Origin: an uncultured Bacilli bacterium
Lineage (GTDB): Bacteria > Bacillota_I > Bacilli_A > RF39 > UBA660
Length of the DNA stretch: 64,000 nt
Assembly: GCA_947632595.1 (NCBI GenBank)
Contig: CANRPY010000007.1
Span: 238-64,237 of the forward strand
Direction: 5' to 3'
Made by a program: the position numbers and the translations under genes. Shown piece by piece: positions 1 through 9,170 of the stretch; within the stretch, counting starts at the first letter, position 1; each line of letters begins with the position of its first letter. Below the pieces are notes generated by a model. That model was not told the origin of the DNA. It worked only from the letters and a program-made list of their open reading frames with translations, and did not search any database.

Positions 1-363
1 TATAAAGGAGTAACGGTTGGTGTTGCGGGTGGAAAGAAAAAAGAAGTGTATGGAGCATTTCGTCCAACCATCTTAATCTCCTCTGGACAAGAAATTGGTG
101 GGGGAAGAGAATTCTCTTTAGTAACTTCTTGTGATGTCATTATTGCAATATCCGGAGGGTCTGGTACTCTAACAGAAATAGCCATAGCCTATCAAGCAGG
201 AATTCCCATTATTGTCATTGATCAGTTTAATGGTTGGAGCAAAGAACTAGCAAACGAATATCTAGATGAAAGATTCCGAGTAAAGTGTATACCTGCATCT
301 ACTCCAGAAGAAGCAGTAAAAAAAGCAATCTCTGCTGTACAAAAAGAGAAAAAAAACGTATAA
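1..363 (+). CDS. 3' part of a TIGR00725/LOG-like (SLOG fold) Rossmann nucleotide-binding protein; the 5' end lies upstream of the window
   Basis: Frame 1 is open from base 1 (YKGVTVGVAGG...). The C-terminal block DVIIAISGGSGTLTEIAIAYQAGIPIIVI matches the GGxGTxxE core of the LOG/TIGR00725 family. Confidence 0.55.
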   Translation, partial: YKGVTVGVAGGKKKEVYGAFRPTILISSGQEIGGGREFSLVTSCDVIIAISGGSGTLTEIAIAYQAGIPIIVIDQFNGWSKELANEYLDERFRVKCIPASTPEEAVKKAISAVQKEKKNV

Positions 364-389
364 TAAACACTTAGAAATGGAGGGGTCCT

Positions 390-1364
390 ATGAATTTTTA
401 TGAGAAAGTAAAAGATTTAGATGAAAAAACACGAAGAAAGAAAATACAAAAGAGGATCTCTTCTCTTGAAAAAAGATCTAGAAAAGAAAACGGTGGCAAT
501 AAACAAATAGGCTATCATGTTGGTTACAATCCAGAGAGAAAAGAACTAATTGATCGTGGAGATAAAGTAGAATTTAACCTAGAGGCAACCATCTTCTGTA
601 ATGGCTATATTCCACGTGGTTCTGAAATCGTCTATGGACTTCATTACAATAATTTTGGAGAAGCAGGAAATCATGGGAAATATTATACAATTGATGATGA
701 CTCCTATATTTATGATTTCTTTGACTATATGGATGGAGTAGAAGTCGTTTCCGATTTTGAGATGTTTAACTACATTGAAGAGTTTTTAAGAAGTTATTTT
801 GGATTCTTTCCTGATGGAACAAGAGATGAAAGATTTCGCTTAATTGCAAAGAATGATGATAGATACTATGCTCCAACAATAGAACACAGTATTAAGTCTT
901 TTAAGAAAACAGGAAGAGCCCTTTGTAGCGAATATGCAATTCATGCTCAAAACATCCTACAAGTACTAGGCTATGATTGTTGCATGATCATTGGAAATGT
1001 AGAACAGGAATATGCTGGAAACATTTCCCATGCTTTTAACTTAATATCCTATAAACCAAAAGCATCCAAAGAAATAAATGATTTTCTAATTGATTTCGCA
1101 AGCATGGTAAGTATCTATGATGAAAACTATGAAAGGTTAGGACTTGCTCCTTTTATGGGTAAAATTGAAGATTTATCCGATGACTTTTTAAATGATTTTG
1201 TAGAAGGAAAAGAAAAATTAGTATTTGAAGACTATGAATATGTCTTAATTGGTGGCACATTATTTAAAATTGGATATAGTCAAATGCGAGAATACCGAGT
1301 AGATACCGATCTAATACCAGATCAAGACATTGAAAAAACAAGAACCTATCAATATAAAAAATAA
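390..1364 (+). CDS. Hypothetical protein, possibly a transglutaminase-like Cys-His fold
   Basis: GGAGGGG RBS 4 nt before the ATG and a terminator after the stop. ALCSEYAIHAQN followed about 40 aa later by NISHAFNLI resembles the Cys/His core of transglutaminase-like peptidases. Basic N-terminal tail. Confidence 0.4.
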   Translation: MNFYEKVKDLDEKTRRKKIQKRISSLEKRSRKENGGNKQIGYHVGYNPERKELIDRGDKVEFNLEATIFCNGYIPRGSEIVYGLHYNNFGEAGNHGKYYTIDDDSYIYDFFDYMDGVEVVSDFEMFNYIEEFLRSYFGFFPDGTRDERFRLIAKNDDRYYAPTIEHSIKSFKKTGRALCSEYAIHAQNILQVLGYDCCMIIGNVEQEYAGNISHAFNLISYKPKASKEINDFLIDFASMVSIYDENYERLGLAPFMGKIEDLSDDFLNDFVEGKEKLVFEDYEYVLIGGTLFKIGYSQMREYRVDTDLIPDQDIEKTRTYQYKK

Positions 1365-1387
1365 CAGGATTTCCTGTTATTTTTTTC
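1363..1387 (+). terminator. Rho-independent terminator
   Basis: AACAGGA-tt-TCCTGTT hairpin followed by a T-run. Confidence 0.65.
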
Positions 1388-1395
1388 CATTTCTA

Positions 1396-1404
1396 TGATA
1401 TAAT
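1396..1404 (+). promoter_or_regulatory. Extended -10 promoter element TGaTATAAT
   Basis: Exact TGnTATAAT about 28 nt upstream of the 1432 start. Confidence 0.5.
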
Positions 1405-1431
1405 CAAAGAGAGTAGAGATTAGGAGGAAAC

Positions 1432-2817
1432 ATGAAAGAATTATTCAATAACAAAAAATTAGGAATTACAACGTTAGTCGTATTATTTTATTTCGGAATC
1501 TTCTTCTTTATGAATTATACAGAAGAAGCATATCTTCTTTTTGCAGGAGGTTGGGAACAAGTATCTTCATATATGAAAGTAGGTAGTGTTTTACCAGGAG
1601 CATTTTTCGCAATCCTAAAATTCATAAGAATCCCATCCTATGGTATTTATTTGCTCTCATATGGTATGGCAATTGTTCTAACCGTTCTAACAATATTAGA
1701 ATGTACAAAATGGCTAGAAAAATATACAAACCAAGAAAATATGGCACTTCTACTTAGTATGGGAATTGTACTAAATCCATGGATAATCGGAGGATACCTT
1801 ACTTTAGAAAAAGGGTTTATCTTATTATCCATTTATGCTTGTATAAAAGCAGTTCAATTACTAGATCAAAAGATAGAAGAAAAAGACAAATCCCGTAAGA
1901 AATTAATAAAACCATTTTTATGGCTTCTTCTAGTGGCTTTCACAACGCCAAAGATGATGAGTTTGTTTGTTGTATTAACCATTTTACCAATTTTAAAATA
2001 CTCTAAATCTCTAAAGCAATGGTTAAAAAATGAAGGAAATGTTATCTTATTCTATACAATTCCATCTGCATTAAGTTATGTATGGTGTAAATTACTACAA
2101 GACGAAGGATTAGAAGGACCGATTCAAATGATAGAAAATGGTAAAATCTTCTTTGTAAAATTCTATGAAGGAATCAAAAATGGATTTGGAATCTATCCTG
2201 CCTTTTTCCTACCTCTAATAGGAATCCTTTTACTTGCACTTTCCATCTTCTTTATCCAAAACAAGAAAAAGAAAAAACTAAATTCTTATGGTTCTATTAT
2301 TTATATGGCAATCATCACGTTAGTCTTTACCATGATTCCATTCTTATTCCGTAATGAAGAAAGTATTGTAATAGATGAAATTTCTTTATATGCGATGGGT
2401 AGTATGATTGGAATCTTTATGGTAGTCTTCCAAAAAACCATCAAAAAAGAATTTTTACTCATCATTCTAATTCTAATGTTAGGAGGAGAATATTTTGCTT
2501 TTACGAATTCTGCCATCAACCGTTTTGTTGGAAATTATGCAGAAAAGCAAATGATGGAAACGATTAATAAAAAAGTATCTGCCTATGAATCTACAACAGG
2601 TCAAGCCGTTGATAAGATTGCAATCTACCGAGATGATTTAAATAGAAACAAAGATACCGCAATCGGTATGCTAAAATACTATACAAAAAGAGATCTAACC
2701 ATTACTGAACAAAATGATTACATCTCTGATCGTTATTTTAAATCAAAAGATTGGAAAGAGTTTACAGAAGATCAAGTAGTCATTGTAAATGAAACTCTTC
2801 ACTGGTATTTATATTAG
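1432..2817 (+). CDS. Polytopic integral membrane protein, function unknown
   Basis: AGGAGG RBS. About 10 or more hydrophobic segments separated by short basic loops. No recognised catalytic motif. Confidence 0.6.
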   Translation: MKELFNNKKLGITTLVVLFYFGIFFFMNYTEEAYLLFAGGWEQVSSYMKVGSVLPGAFFAILKFIRIPSYGIYLLSYGMAIVLTVLTILECTKWLEKYTNQENMALLLSMGIVLNPWIIGGYLTLEKGFILLSIYACIKAVQLLDQKIEEKDKSRKKLIKPFLWLLLVAFTTPKMMSLFVVLTILPILKYSKSLKQWLKNEGNVILFYTIPSALSYVWCKLLQDEGLEGPIQMIENGKIFFVKFYEGIKNGFGIYPAFFLPLIGILLLALSIFFIQNKKKKKLNSYGSIIYMAIITLVFTMIPFLFRNEESIVIDEISLYAMGSMIGIFMVVFQKTIKKEFLLIILILMLGGEYFAFTNSAINRFVGNYAEKQMMETINKKVSAYESTTGQAVDKIAIYRDDLNRNKDTAIGMLKYYTKRDLTITEQNDYISDRYFKSKDWKEFTEDQVVIVNETLHWYLY

Positions 2818-3503
2818 TCTTCGCAAGCAACTCCAACACGACAAATGGTAAGAGTATAGGAACTATTTCCCCTGTACTCTCCCTTCTCATCGAAGTCATC
2901 CTCTCCATCATAAGTAAAAACAGTTAGGTGAATGCTGCTATCAATTTCCGAAATTTGATAACTACTTTGTAATTTGATTGCCGTATATAAAGTATCTTCA
3001 TGGAAATCTTGATCTTCAATATGAGAATAAAATCCTTTTCCCTGATTGGCATAGTCATCATATAGATAATTCATCAAATGTTCCCATCTTTTCATGGTAT
3101 CAGAAGGATATCGAATGATATAAGAAACATCTTCGCCACTAGTTAAATGGAATTGGATTTGAAAACCAACATGTAATTTTCCCTCTGTATTATATTTCAT
3201 CCATTCTTCGTAATAAGAATTCGCAAAACCATTTGGTAAAGAGATGGAATCTAAATTAGAAGGATAGATTTGAAAAATACCAATATCTTGTTCTACTTGT
3301 AAATCTTTAGTAACTTTGGTGAGTTTTGTTAAAGTATTTCCCTCCAAAGAATAAATTCCAATAGGAGTTGTATTAGAGTCTTGATAATCCTCCAAGACTT
3401 CTTCAGGAGAAATCGTTTTCTCCTTCTTTGGAAGAGTTTTCTCATCTTTTACGCAACCCGTTAAACAAATTAGTAAAAGAATCCAAACGAAATATTTTTT
3501 CAT
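2814..3503 (-). CDS. Lipoprotein, function unknown
   Basis: Signal peptide with lipobox: MKKYFVWILLLICLTG-C. GAGGTGG RBS. Convergent 4-nt overlap with the 1432..2817 gene. Confidence 0.7.
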   Translation of the reverse strand: MKKYFVWILLLICLTGCVKDEKTLPKKEKTISPEEVLEDYQDSNTTPIGIYSLEGNTLTKLTKVTKDLQVEQDIGIFQIYPSNLDSISLPNGFANSYYEEWMKYNTEGKLHVGFQIQFHLTSGEDVSYIIRYPSDTMKRWEHLMNYLYDDYANQGKGFYSHIEDQDFHEDTLYTAIKLQSSYQISEIDSSIHLTVFTYDGEDDFDEKGEYRGNSSYTLTICRVGVACED

Positions 3504-3566
3504 AAGACCACCTCATGATTATCATTATAATATAGAATATGAAAAATAAAAAGGAAAATAAGAGAG

Positions 3567-3770
3567 GTGATTACTTTGAATATTGGACTATTTATCGGTG
3601 TCTTAATGGGAGTTACTGTAGTAACAATTCTAAATGAAAAAATGAAAAAAGATTTAGAAAAAGAAGAAAAAAAGAAAAAGTTATCGGCAGAGCTTTCCTT
3701 AAAAGAACCAGATGTAAAGATAGAAAAAGTAAAAAAAGAAAAATTAAAAAAACCAAAAGAAAAAGAATGA
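3567..3770 (+). CDS. Small membrane protein with a Lys/Glu-rich tail; the start may be TTG at 3576
   Basis: One hydrophobic helix (GLFIGVLMGVTVVTIL) followed by a KE-rich tail. GAGGTG lies 7 nt before TTG 3576. A strong terminator follows directly. Confidence 0.45.
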   Translation: MITLNIGLFIGVLMGVTVVTILNEKMKKDLEKEEKKKKLSAELSLKEPDVKIEKVKKEKLKKPKEKE

Positions 3771-3787
3771 TTGCTCATTCTTTTTTT
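3763..3787 (+). terminator. Rho-independent terminator
   Basis: AAGAATGA-ttgc-TCATTCTT hairpin plus a T-run. Confidence 0.65.
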
Positions 3788-4590
3788 ACAGAAAGAAGAA
3801 GTAAAATCCATATAGAATATCTCTATAGAAAGTCTTTTTCTATCAAAGTTAGAATTAAGAATTAGAAACCTCTTAAGATAGAAATCTTTTAAAAAGTTAC
3901 TCTTCTCAAAAAAGGAATTATAAAAACCCTTTTAAGAGAACTTTTGAAGTCCTACAATACTTTGAATTACCGAATCATAAGATCAACATTGACTCTATCT
4001 AGTTGAGAAAAAGTATCTTAAAAAAATCATTCTAGGAAAAGAAATCAAAAATCCTGAGTCCTAAACAGAAATAAAAATCAAAATTCAAATAGAACATCTT
4101 TTGCCGGTATTCTTAAAACTTCAAAACCTAAGAATAACAGACTCGCTTTTGAAAAGCGTCTTACCATAATTAAGAATCTCTGATTTTAAGAATATCTTCG
4201 ATACTTCGTTTTTAAAACAAGAAAACTGGTAACTCAACTTTCTTATATTAAAAGGGGTAACTGCGTATCAAACAAAAGATGCAAATAAACTATTGGCCAA
4301 TAATAATTCTTTTGAAACCAAATGGGATTACCCCAAATGGATTCTTATCTTTGATTGGCTGATTGGGTATATAAGATAAGAATGAAATAGGGTAGTACCA
4401 ATTCCATTGGCAAAACATCGACTACAACACTATTTCTAAAGGATTATTACTGGATTTTACCAATGTTTTTCTCCTTTCTTAACCCACTATTATAATCATG
4501 TACAAGGAAAAATGCAAGAAAAAAGGAAAAGAATAAAAAAGGATGTCTTTTAAAAGGAAAATATGATAAGATGATAATAGGTGAAAAGAT

Positions 4591-5763
4591 ATGAATAACA
4601 ATAACATGATGGAACTTAATACGGAGAAAAGCCAAAAAAGAAAAGAAAAAGAAGAAAAAAAAGAGGAAAGACTTCGTAAAAAAAGAGAACGATTAGAACT
4701 TCTTAAGGAAGAAAAAGAGGAACGTTTAAGAGAAAAAGAAGCAAAAAAGAGATTAAAGGAAGAAAAAAAGAAAGGTTCTGTTCCGGAAGAACCATCAGGG
4801 CCACCTCTTGGAGGAGATTCTCTATCTCCAACCCCTAGTTTTCCGCCTCTTGGAGTATCAGGGCCATCGACTACCCCTCCGCCACCTCCAAAGCTTCCAA
4901 AAGTAGAACTAAATCCCTTAGAGAAAAAGAAACAACAAATCAAAAGAAAAAAGTTCCTACAAGCGGTTTTAACAATTCCAGAAGTCATTATTGTAATCAT
5001 TCTTGCCATCTTTTGTAAAAGTAAATACATATCTTATTCCAAAAATGTTCATCAAGTTCTAAATTATTCATCAGGAGACTATGTCTATGAAATCAAAAGA
5101 GATAACGAGAAAATAAGAGTAAAGAAGAGTACGAAAGAAGGTTGCGTTATGGAACCTTGTGAGATAAAAGAACTAGAAGAATATAATATTAATTTTAAAG
5201 AAGATAAAATGAAAATGATTCGCTTATTTCTAGATATAAAATTTCAGTTTAAAAGTAAGACTTTATCCATAACAAAAGAGGATTTTCATACTTTCTTATC
5301 GAGAAATTGTATCTATAGTATGATTCATAATAAAGAAAACTTTTTATCTTTCCAAAAATATAAAAAATATGAAATATCTGATTATGAACAAATGAGTAGT
5401 TATACAACAAGAGGATATCAAGTAAAACAAACAGATGGAAACGCAACGCTAACGATTGCCATGGGAGAAAAACAATCAAGTGGCTATGCCATGGTAGTAA
5501 ATAGTGCATATAAGATTGGAAATGATTTATATGTCTACATTGAAGAACAAATTCCAAGCAAAGAAGAACAATCTCTTACGGTAATTACCCATCCAATGTT
5601 ACAGTTACAAATGTCATCTTCTTTTGAACATATCTATGTATATAATGTAGAAACAGGGGAAGCTTTTCCTAATTTAGATGCACAAGAGACTACTCCTAAT
5701 CCACAAGCCAAAAAAGAAGAAACGATTCAATTTGGTACAAGTTTAATTGATTTATTAACATAA
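4591..5763 (+). CDS. Single-pass membrane protein: KE-rich coiled N-terminus, Pro-rich linker, TM, extracytoplasmic domain (possibly PrcB-C-like)
   Basis: KE-rich run, then PPLGG...TTPPPPPK, then TM helper segment AVLTIPEVIIVIILAIF. The C-terminal block GEKQSSGYAMVVNSAYKIGNDLYVYIEEQIP...VITHP resembles the PrcB C-terminal domain. Confidence 0.45.
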   Translation: MNNNNMMELNTEKSQKRKEKEEKKEERLRKKRERLELLKEEKEERLREKEAKKRLKEEKKKGSVPEEPSGPPLGGDSLSPTPSFPPLGVSGPSTTPPPPPKLPKVELNPLEKKKQQIKRKKFLQAVLTIPEVIIVIILAIFCKSKYISYSKNVHQVLNYSSGDYVYEIKRDNEKIRVKKSTKEGCVMEPCEIKELEEYNINFKEDKMKMIRLFLDIKFQFKSKTLSITKEDFHTFLSRNCIYSMIHNKENFLSFQKYKKYEISDYEQMSSYTTRGYQVKQTDGNATLTIAMGEKQSSGYAMVVNSAYKIGNDLYVYIEEQIPSKEEQSLTVITHPMLQLQMSSSFEHIYVYNVETGEAFPNLDAQETTPNPQAKKEETIQFGTSLIDLLT

Positions 5764-5790
5764 AAGAGCAAATGAACTATTTGCTCTTTT
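5764..5790. terminator. Bidirectional terminator between convergent genes
   Basis: AAGAGCAAAT-gaact-ATTTGCTCTT hairpin flanked by A and T runs. Confidence 0.6.
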
Positions 5791-7492
5791 CTTCTTCTTC
5801 TAATTTTCGATAGTCAACTTTCCCAACCATAGTCTTTGGTAGGGCACTACGATAAACAAAATCTTTTGGAATCATATACTTTGCTAGATTCTTCTCACAA
5901 TATTCTCTAATCTCTAAGCGAAGAGAAAAACTATCTTTAACATTATTTTTTAAAACAATATACGCTTTTGGTACTTGTACTTTATAAGGATGAGGAATTC
6001 CAACCACACAAGAATTTAAAATAGCTGGATGTTTATTTAAAACTTCTTCAATATGAGAAGGATAAACATTATATCCAGAAGAAATAATAAGTCTTTTTAA
6101 TCTTTGAACAAAGAAAAGTCTTCCATCTTGATCAAGATATCCTAAGTCACCTGTATGAACCCAAATCTTTCCTTTTCTGTCTTTCTCTAAGACTTTGTTT
6201 GTCTCTACCTCATCATCCAAATATCCCATCATAACAGAAGGACCACTAATTAGAATTTCTCCAACATCTCCTGTTTCAACTTCTTCCCTTGTATCGGGAT
6301 CGACAATTTTAATATCATTAGAAGGAAGAGGAATTCCAACACTACCCAAAGCGTAAGATGCCTTAGTACTAAAAATACAACCACCGCTAGTCTCTGTCAT
6401 TCCATATCCTTGTACAATTTTACTAGGACAATGATGTTTTTTCAAAAACTCATTAACCGCAAGATTTCTCTCTTCATTTAAAGAGTCTCCACCAGACACT
6501 ACATACTTAACATTCGATAAATCAATATCATCCATATGTTTATTGGTAAGCAATGCTTCAAACAAAGTTGGTACACCAGGAATAATAGAAGGGCGATATT
6601 TACGAAGCAACTTATCAAATCTTGCCGCATCAAATTTAGGAACTAAGATGAGACAAGCACCAAGTGTTAAAGGATAGTGGACACACTCTACAAGTCCAAA
6701 ACAATGAAACATAGGTAAGATTCCAAGCATCGAATCACTGCTATCATTTTCAGGAAGAGCAATTCTTGCTTGATTCATGACAACATTAATATTTCCATTA
6801 GAAAGTAAGATACTCTTAGGTTCCCCAGAAGTTCCACCACTATGAAGAATCACTGCTAAATCTTTCGCACGACATGGTTTTAATACCTTTTGTTGATACT
6901 CAGCACCCAAAAGACGAAAATCCTTCCACAAACGAAAATGAGCATCCTCTTTTGGTAAACGAATTTTACAATCATTTGTTAAAAAGTACCCAATCCCAAG
7001 TGCCGTAGGCATAGAGTCTCTTGGAGAGATTAGAATCGTTTGAATAAGACTTGTCTCAGGATAAATAGCTAAAATCTTCTTATAATTAAAGTTCACAGTA
7101 AAAAGATAAATAGACTTTGTATCAACTACAGATTTTTTAATCTCTTCTTCTGCAGATAGGGGATGAATCATATTCGCAACTGCTCCAATTTTACTAACTG
7201 CATAAAACAAAATAACAGCTTCCGGTACATTGGGTAAACAAATAGAAATCACGTCTCCATCTTGTACCCCAATTTTTTTAAGAGCCTTTGCACAAAGTTC
7301 TATCTCATAAAATAACTCTCGGTATCTCATCTTTTTTCCAAAATAATTCAGTGCATAATTATCTTGTCGAAACTCATTTTCTTGCCATAAAAATTCATAA
7401 AGAGACATATCCGGTACATCGACTTTTCTTTCTTCCCTCGAATAATATTTTTCCCATAATTTTTTCTTTTTTAAAAAAGAAAATAATTTCAT
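5777..7492 (-). CDS. AMP-dependent acyl-CoA synthetase (long-chain fatty acid-CoA ligase family)
   Basis: AMP-binding motifs LHSGGTSGEPKS, GYGMTETSG and GDLGYLDQDGRLFFVQRLKRLI. Confidence 0.85.
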   Translation of the reverse strand: MKLFSFLKKKKLWEKYYSREERKVDVPDMSLYEFLWQENEFRQDNYALNYFGKKMRYRELFYEIELCAKALKKIGVQDGDVISICLPNVPEAVILFYAVSKIGAVANMIHPLSAEEEIKKSVVDTKSIYLFTVNFNYKKILAIYPETSLIQTILISPRDSMPTALGIGYFLTNDCKIRLPKEDAHFRLWKDFRLLGAEYQQKVLKPCRAKDLAVILHSGGTSGEPKSILLSNGNINVVMNQARIALPENDSSDSMLGILPMFHCFGLVECVHYPLTLGACLILVPKFDAARFDKLLRKYRPSIIPGVPTLFEALLTNKHMDDIDLSNVKYVVSGGDSLNEERNLAVNEFLKKHHCPSKIVQGYGMTETSGGCIFSTKASYALGSVGIPLPSNDIKIVDPDTREEVETGDVGEILISGPSVMMGYLDDEVETNKVLEKDRKGKIWVHTGDLGYLDQDGRLFFVQRLKRLIISSGYNVYPSHIEEVLNKHPAILNSCVVGIPHPYKVQVPKAYIVLKNNVKDSFSLRLEIREYCEKNLAKYMIPKDFVYRSALPKTMVGKVDYRKLEEEEKSK

Positions 7493-7636
7493 GTAATCAC
7501 CTCATTAAAAATAAACACATGTTGAATATCAAACACATATATTGTATAATTGATAAGAAGAAACTTTCAATAATCAATGTTTAGATAAATGTTAAATAAT
7601 GAACAAATAAACAACACGTGTTCAGAAAGGACCATT

Positions 7637-8209
7637 ATGGATAGAAGAACAAAATATACAAAACAATTAATCAAAGAGACTTTTCTAAATCTATTAGAGA
7701 AAAAAGATATGAATGCCATTACGGTAAAAGAACTATGTGAAATAGCGGATCTAAATCGAGGAACTTTTTACCGTTACTATTTAGATATCTATGATTTATT
7801 AAAACAAATAGAACAAGAATTTATCGATGAGATTAAAAACTCTCCTCCTATAGAACGAATAGAAGAGCATTCTATCTATTCGTTTACCAAAGGAATTTTA
7901 TCGATATTTGAAAATAATAAGAAATTAGTAAAAATATTATTTAATACGGATAGAAATATTTATTTTTTAAATGAAGTATTAGAAGTAGCGTATGATAAAT
8001 GTATGAATAGATGGGAGAATTTAAACCCAGATATCGCCGGAGAAGAAGTAGAAAATGCAGTCGTATTTATTTTTAATGGAGCACTAGGAGTCATCAACAA
8101 CTGGGTGAAAAATGATTTCTCATCTTCATCAGAAGACATTGCAATCTATATTGAAAAGTACTGTCAAAAAGGAGCAAGAAGATATCTTCCTAAAGAAAAA
8201 CAAATTTAA
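7637..8209 (+). CDS. TetR/AcrR family transcriptional regulator
   Basis: HTH segment TVKELCEIADLNRGTFYRYY. GAAAGGA RBS before ATG 7637; the ORF-track start at 7589 lacks an RBS. Divergent from the acyl-CoA synthetase gene. Confidence 0.85.
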   Translation: MDRRTKYTKQLIKETFLNLLEKKDMNAITVKELCEIADLNRGTFYRYYLDIYDLLKQIEQEFIDEIKNSPPIERIEEHSIYSFTKGILSIFENNKKLVKILFNTDRNIYFLNEVLEVAYDKCMNRWENLNPDIAGEEVENAVVFIFNGALGVINNWVKNDFSSSSEDIAIYIEKYCQKGARRYLPKEKQI

Positions 8210-8297
8210 CGTAAAAAGGAATATTTTTATGACAAATCCTGTATAATTTGAAACAGAAAAAAAGATTTATGTTAAAATCAAAGAGGAGGAAGAAAAC

Positions 8298-9128
8298 ATG
8301 ATAGAGATTTTAAAAGCAATATTATTTGGTATAGTAGAAGGAATCACAGAGTGGTTACCAATATCCTCAACAGGACATATGATTTTATTAAATGAATTTG
8401 TCCAATTAAATGTATCGAATGATTTTTATAAAGTATTTGAAGTAGTGATCCAACTAGGAGCAATTCTTTCTGTAGTAGTATTATATTTTAAGAGTATTTG
8501 GCCTCTTAAAAAAGAAAAAGATAAGGTTGTAATCGATAAGAAAACAATGTCTTTATGGGGTAAAATTTTAGTTGCCTGTATTCCAGCAGCAATCATTGGT
8601 CTATTATTCGATGATTGGATTGATGCTCATTTTTATAATAGTATAGTAGTCTCACTAGCCCTAATCGTATATGGTATTTTATTTATTGTAATTGAAAAGA
8701 AAAACTTAGGTTCTAGAAAAACAAAGAGTATAGAAAAAATAACATACAAACAAGCTCTACAAATAGGAGCATTCCAACTTTTAGCATTAATACCAGGTAC
8801 TTCAAGAAGTGGTTCTACCATTATTGGAGGATTATTAATTGGACTAGAAAGAAGTGTTGCCGCAGAATTCACTTTCTTTTTAGCAATCCCTGTTATGGCA
8901 GGAGCATCTTTATTAAAATTAGTAAAATATATTCTAAGTGTTGGACTATCTTTTACAGGATTAGAAATTACAATCTTATTAGTTGCAACAGTAGTAGCTT
9001 TCATTGTAAGTATTGCAGTCATTAAATTTTTAATGAATTATATTAGAAAACATGATTTTAAAGCATTTGGATATTATCGTATTGCTTTAGGATTATTAGT
9101 ATTATTATATTTTATAATCATGAAATAA
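8298..9128 (+). CDS. uppP: Undecaprenyl-diphosphate phosphatase
   Basis: GITEWLPISSTGHM and PGTSRSGSTI motifs; 8-TM profile. Confidence 0.9.
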   Translation: MIEILKAILFGIVEGITEWLPISSTGHMILLNEFVQLNVSNDFYKVFEVVIQLGAILSVVVLYFKSIWPLKKEKDKVVIDKKTMSLWGKILVACIPAAIIGLLFDDWIDAHFYNSIVVSLALIVYGILFIVIEKKNLGSRKTKSIEKITYKQALQIGAFQLLALIPGTSRSGSTIIGGLLIGLERSVAAEFTFFLAIPVMAGASLLKLVKYILSVGLSFTGLEITILLVATVVAFIVSIAVIKFLMNYIRKHDFKAFGYYRIALGLLVLLYFIIMK

Positions 9129-9153
9129 AGAGTAACGAAGATTACTCTTTTTT
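9129..9153 (+). terminator. Rho-independent terminator
   Basis: AGAGTAA-cgaaga-TTACTCT hairpin plus TTTTT. Confidence 0.6.
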
Positions 9154-9170
9154 AGGTAGGGAGGATTAGT

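Noticed and set aside
3500-3811. 103-aa minus-strand ORF
   Set aside because: It is antisense to the small KE-tailed gene and gives a mirror Phe/Ser-rich low-complexity product. It would also read through the lipoprotein promoter region and the plus-strand terminator.
4479-5030. 183-aa minus-strand ORF
   Set aside because: It is antisense to the AAG/GAA-rich, Pro-rich low-complexity part of the 4591..5763 gene and gives a mirror low-complexity Phe/Ser-rich product. It has no RBS. The plus-strand gene has an RBS, a TM segment and a folded C-domain.
7589-7636. N-terminal extension of the TetR ORF in the ORF track
   Set aside because: The extension has no RBS and would cover the AACACGTGTT palindrome. 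ATG 7637 has a GAAAGGA RBS and gives a normal TetR N-terminus.
8633-9022. 129-aa minus-strand ORF
   Set aside because: It is antisense within uppP, whose motifs are unambiguous.
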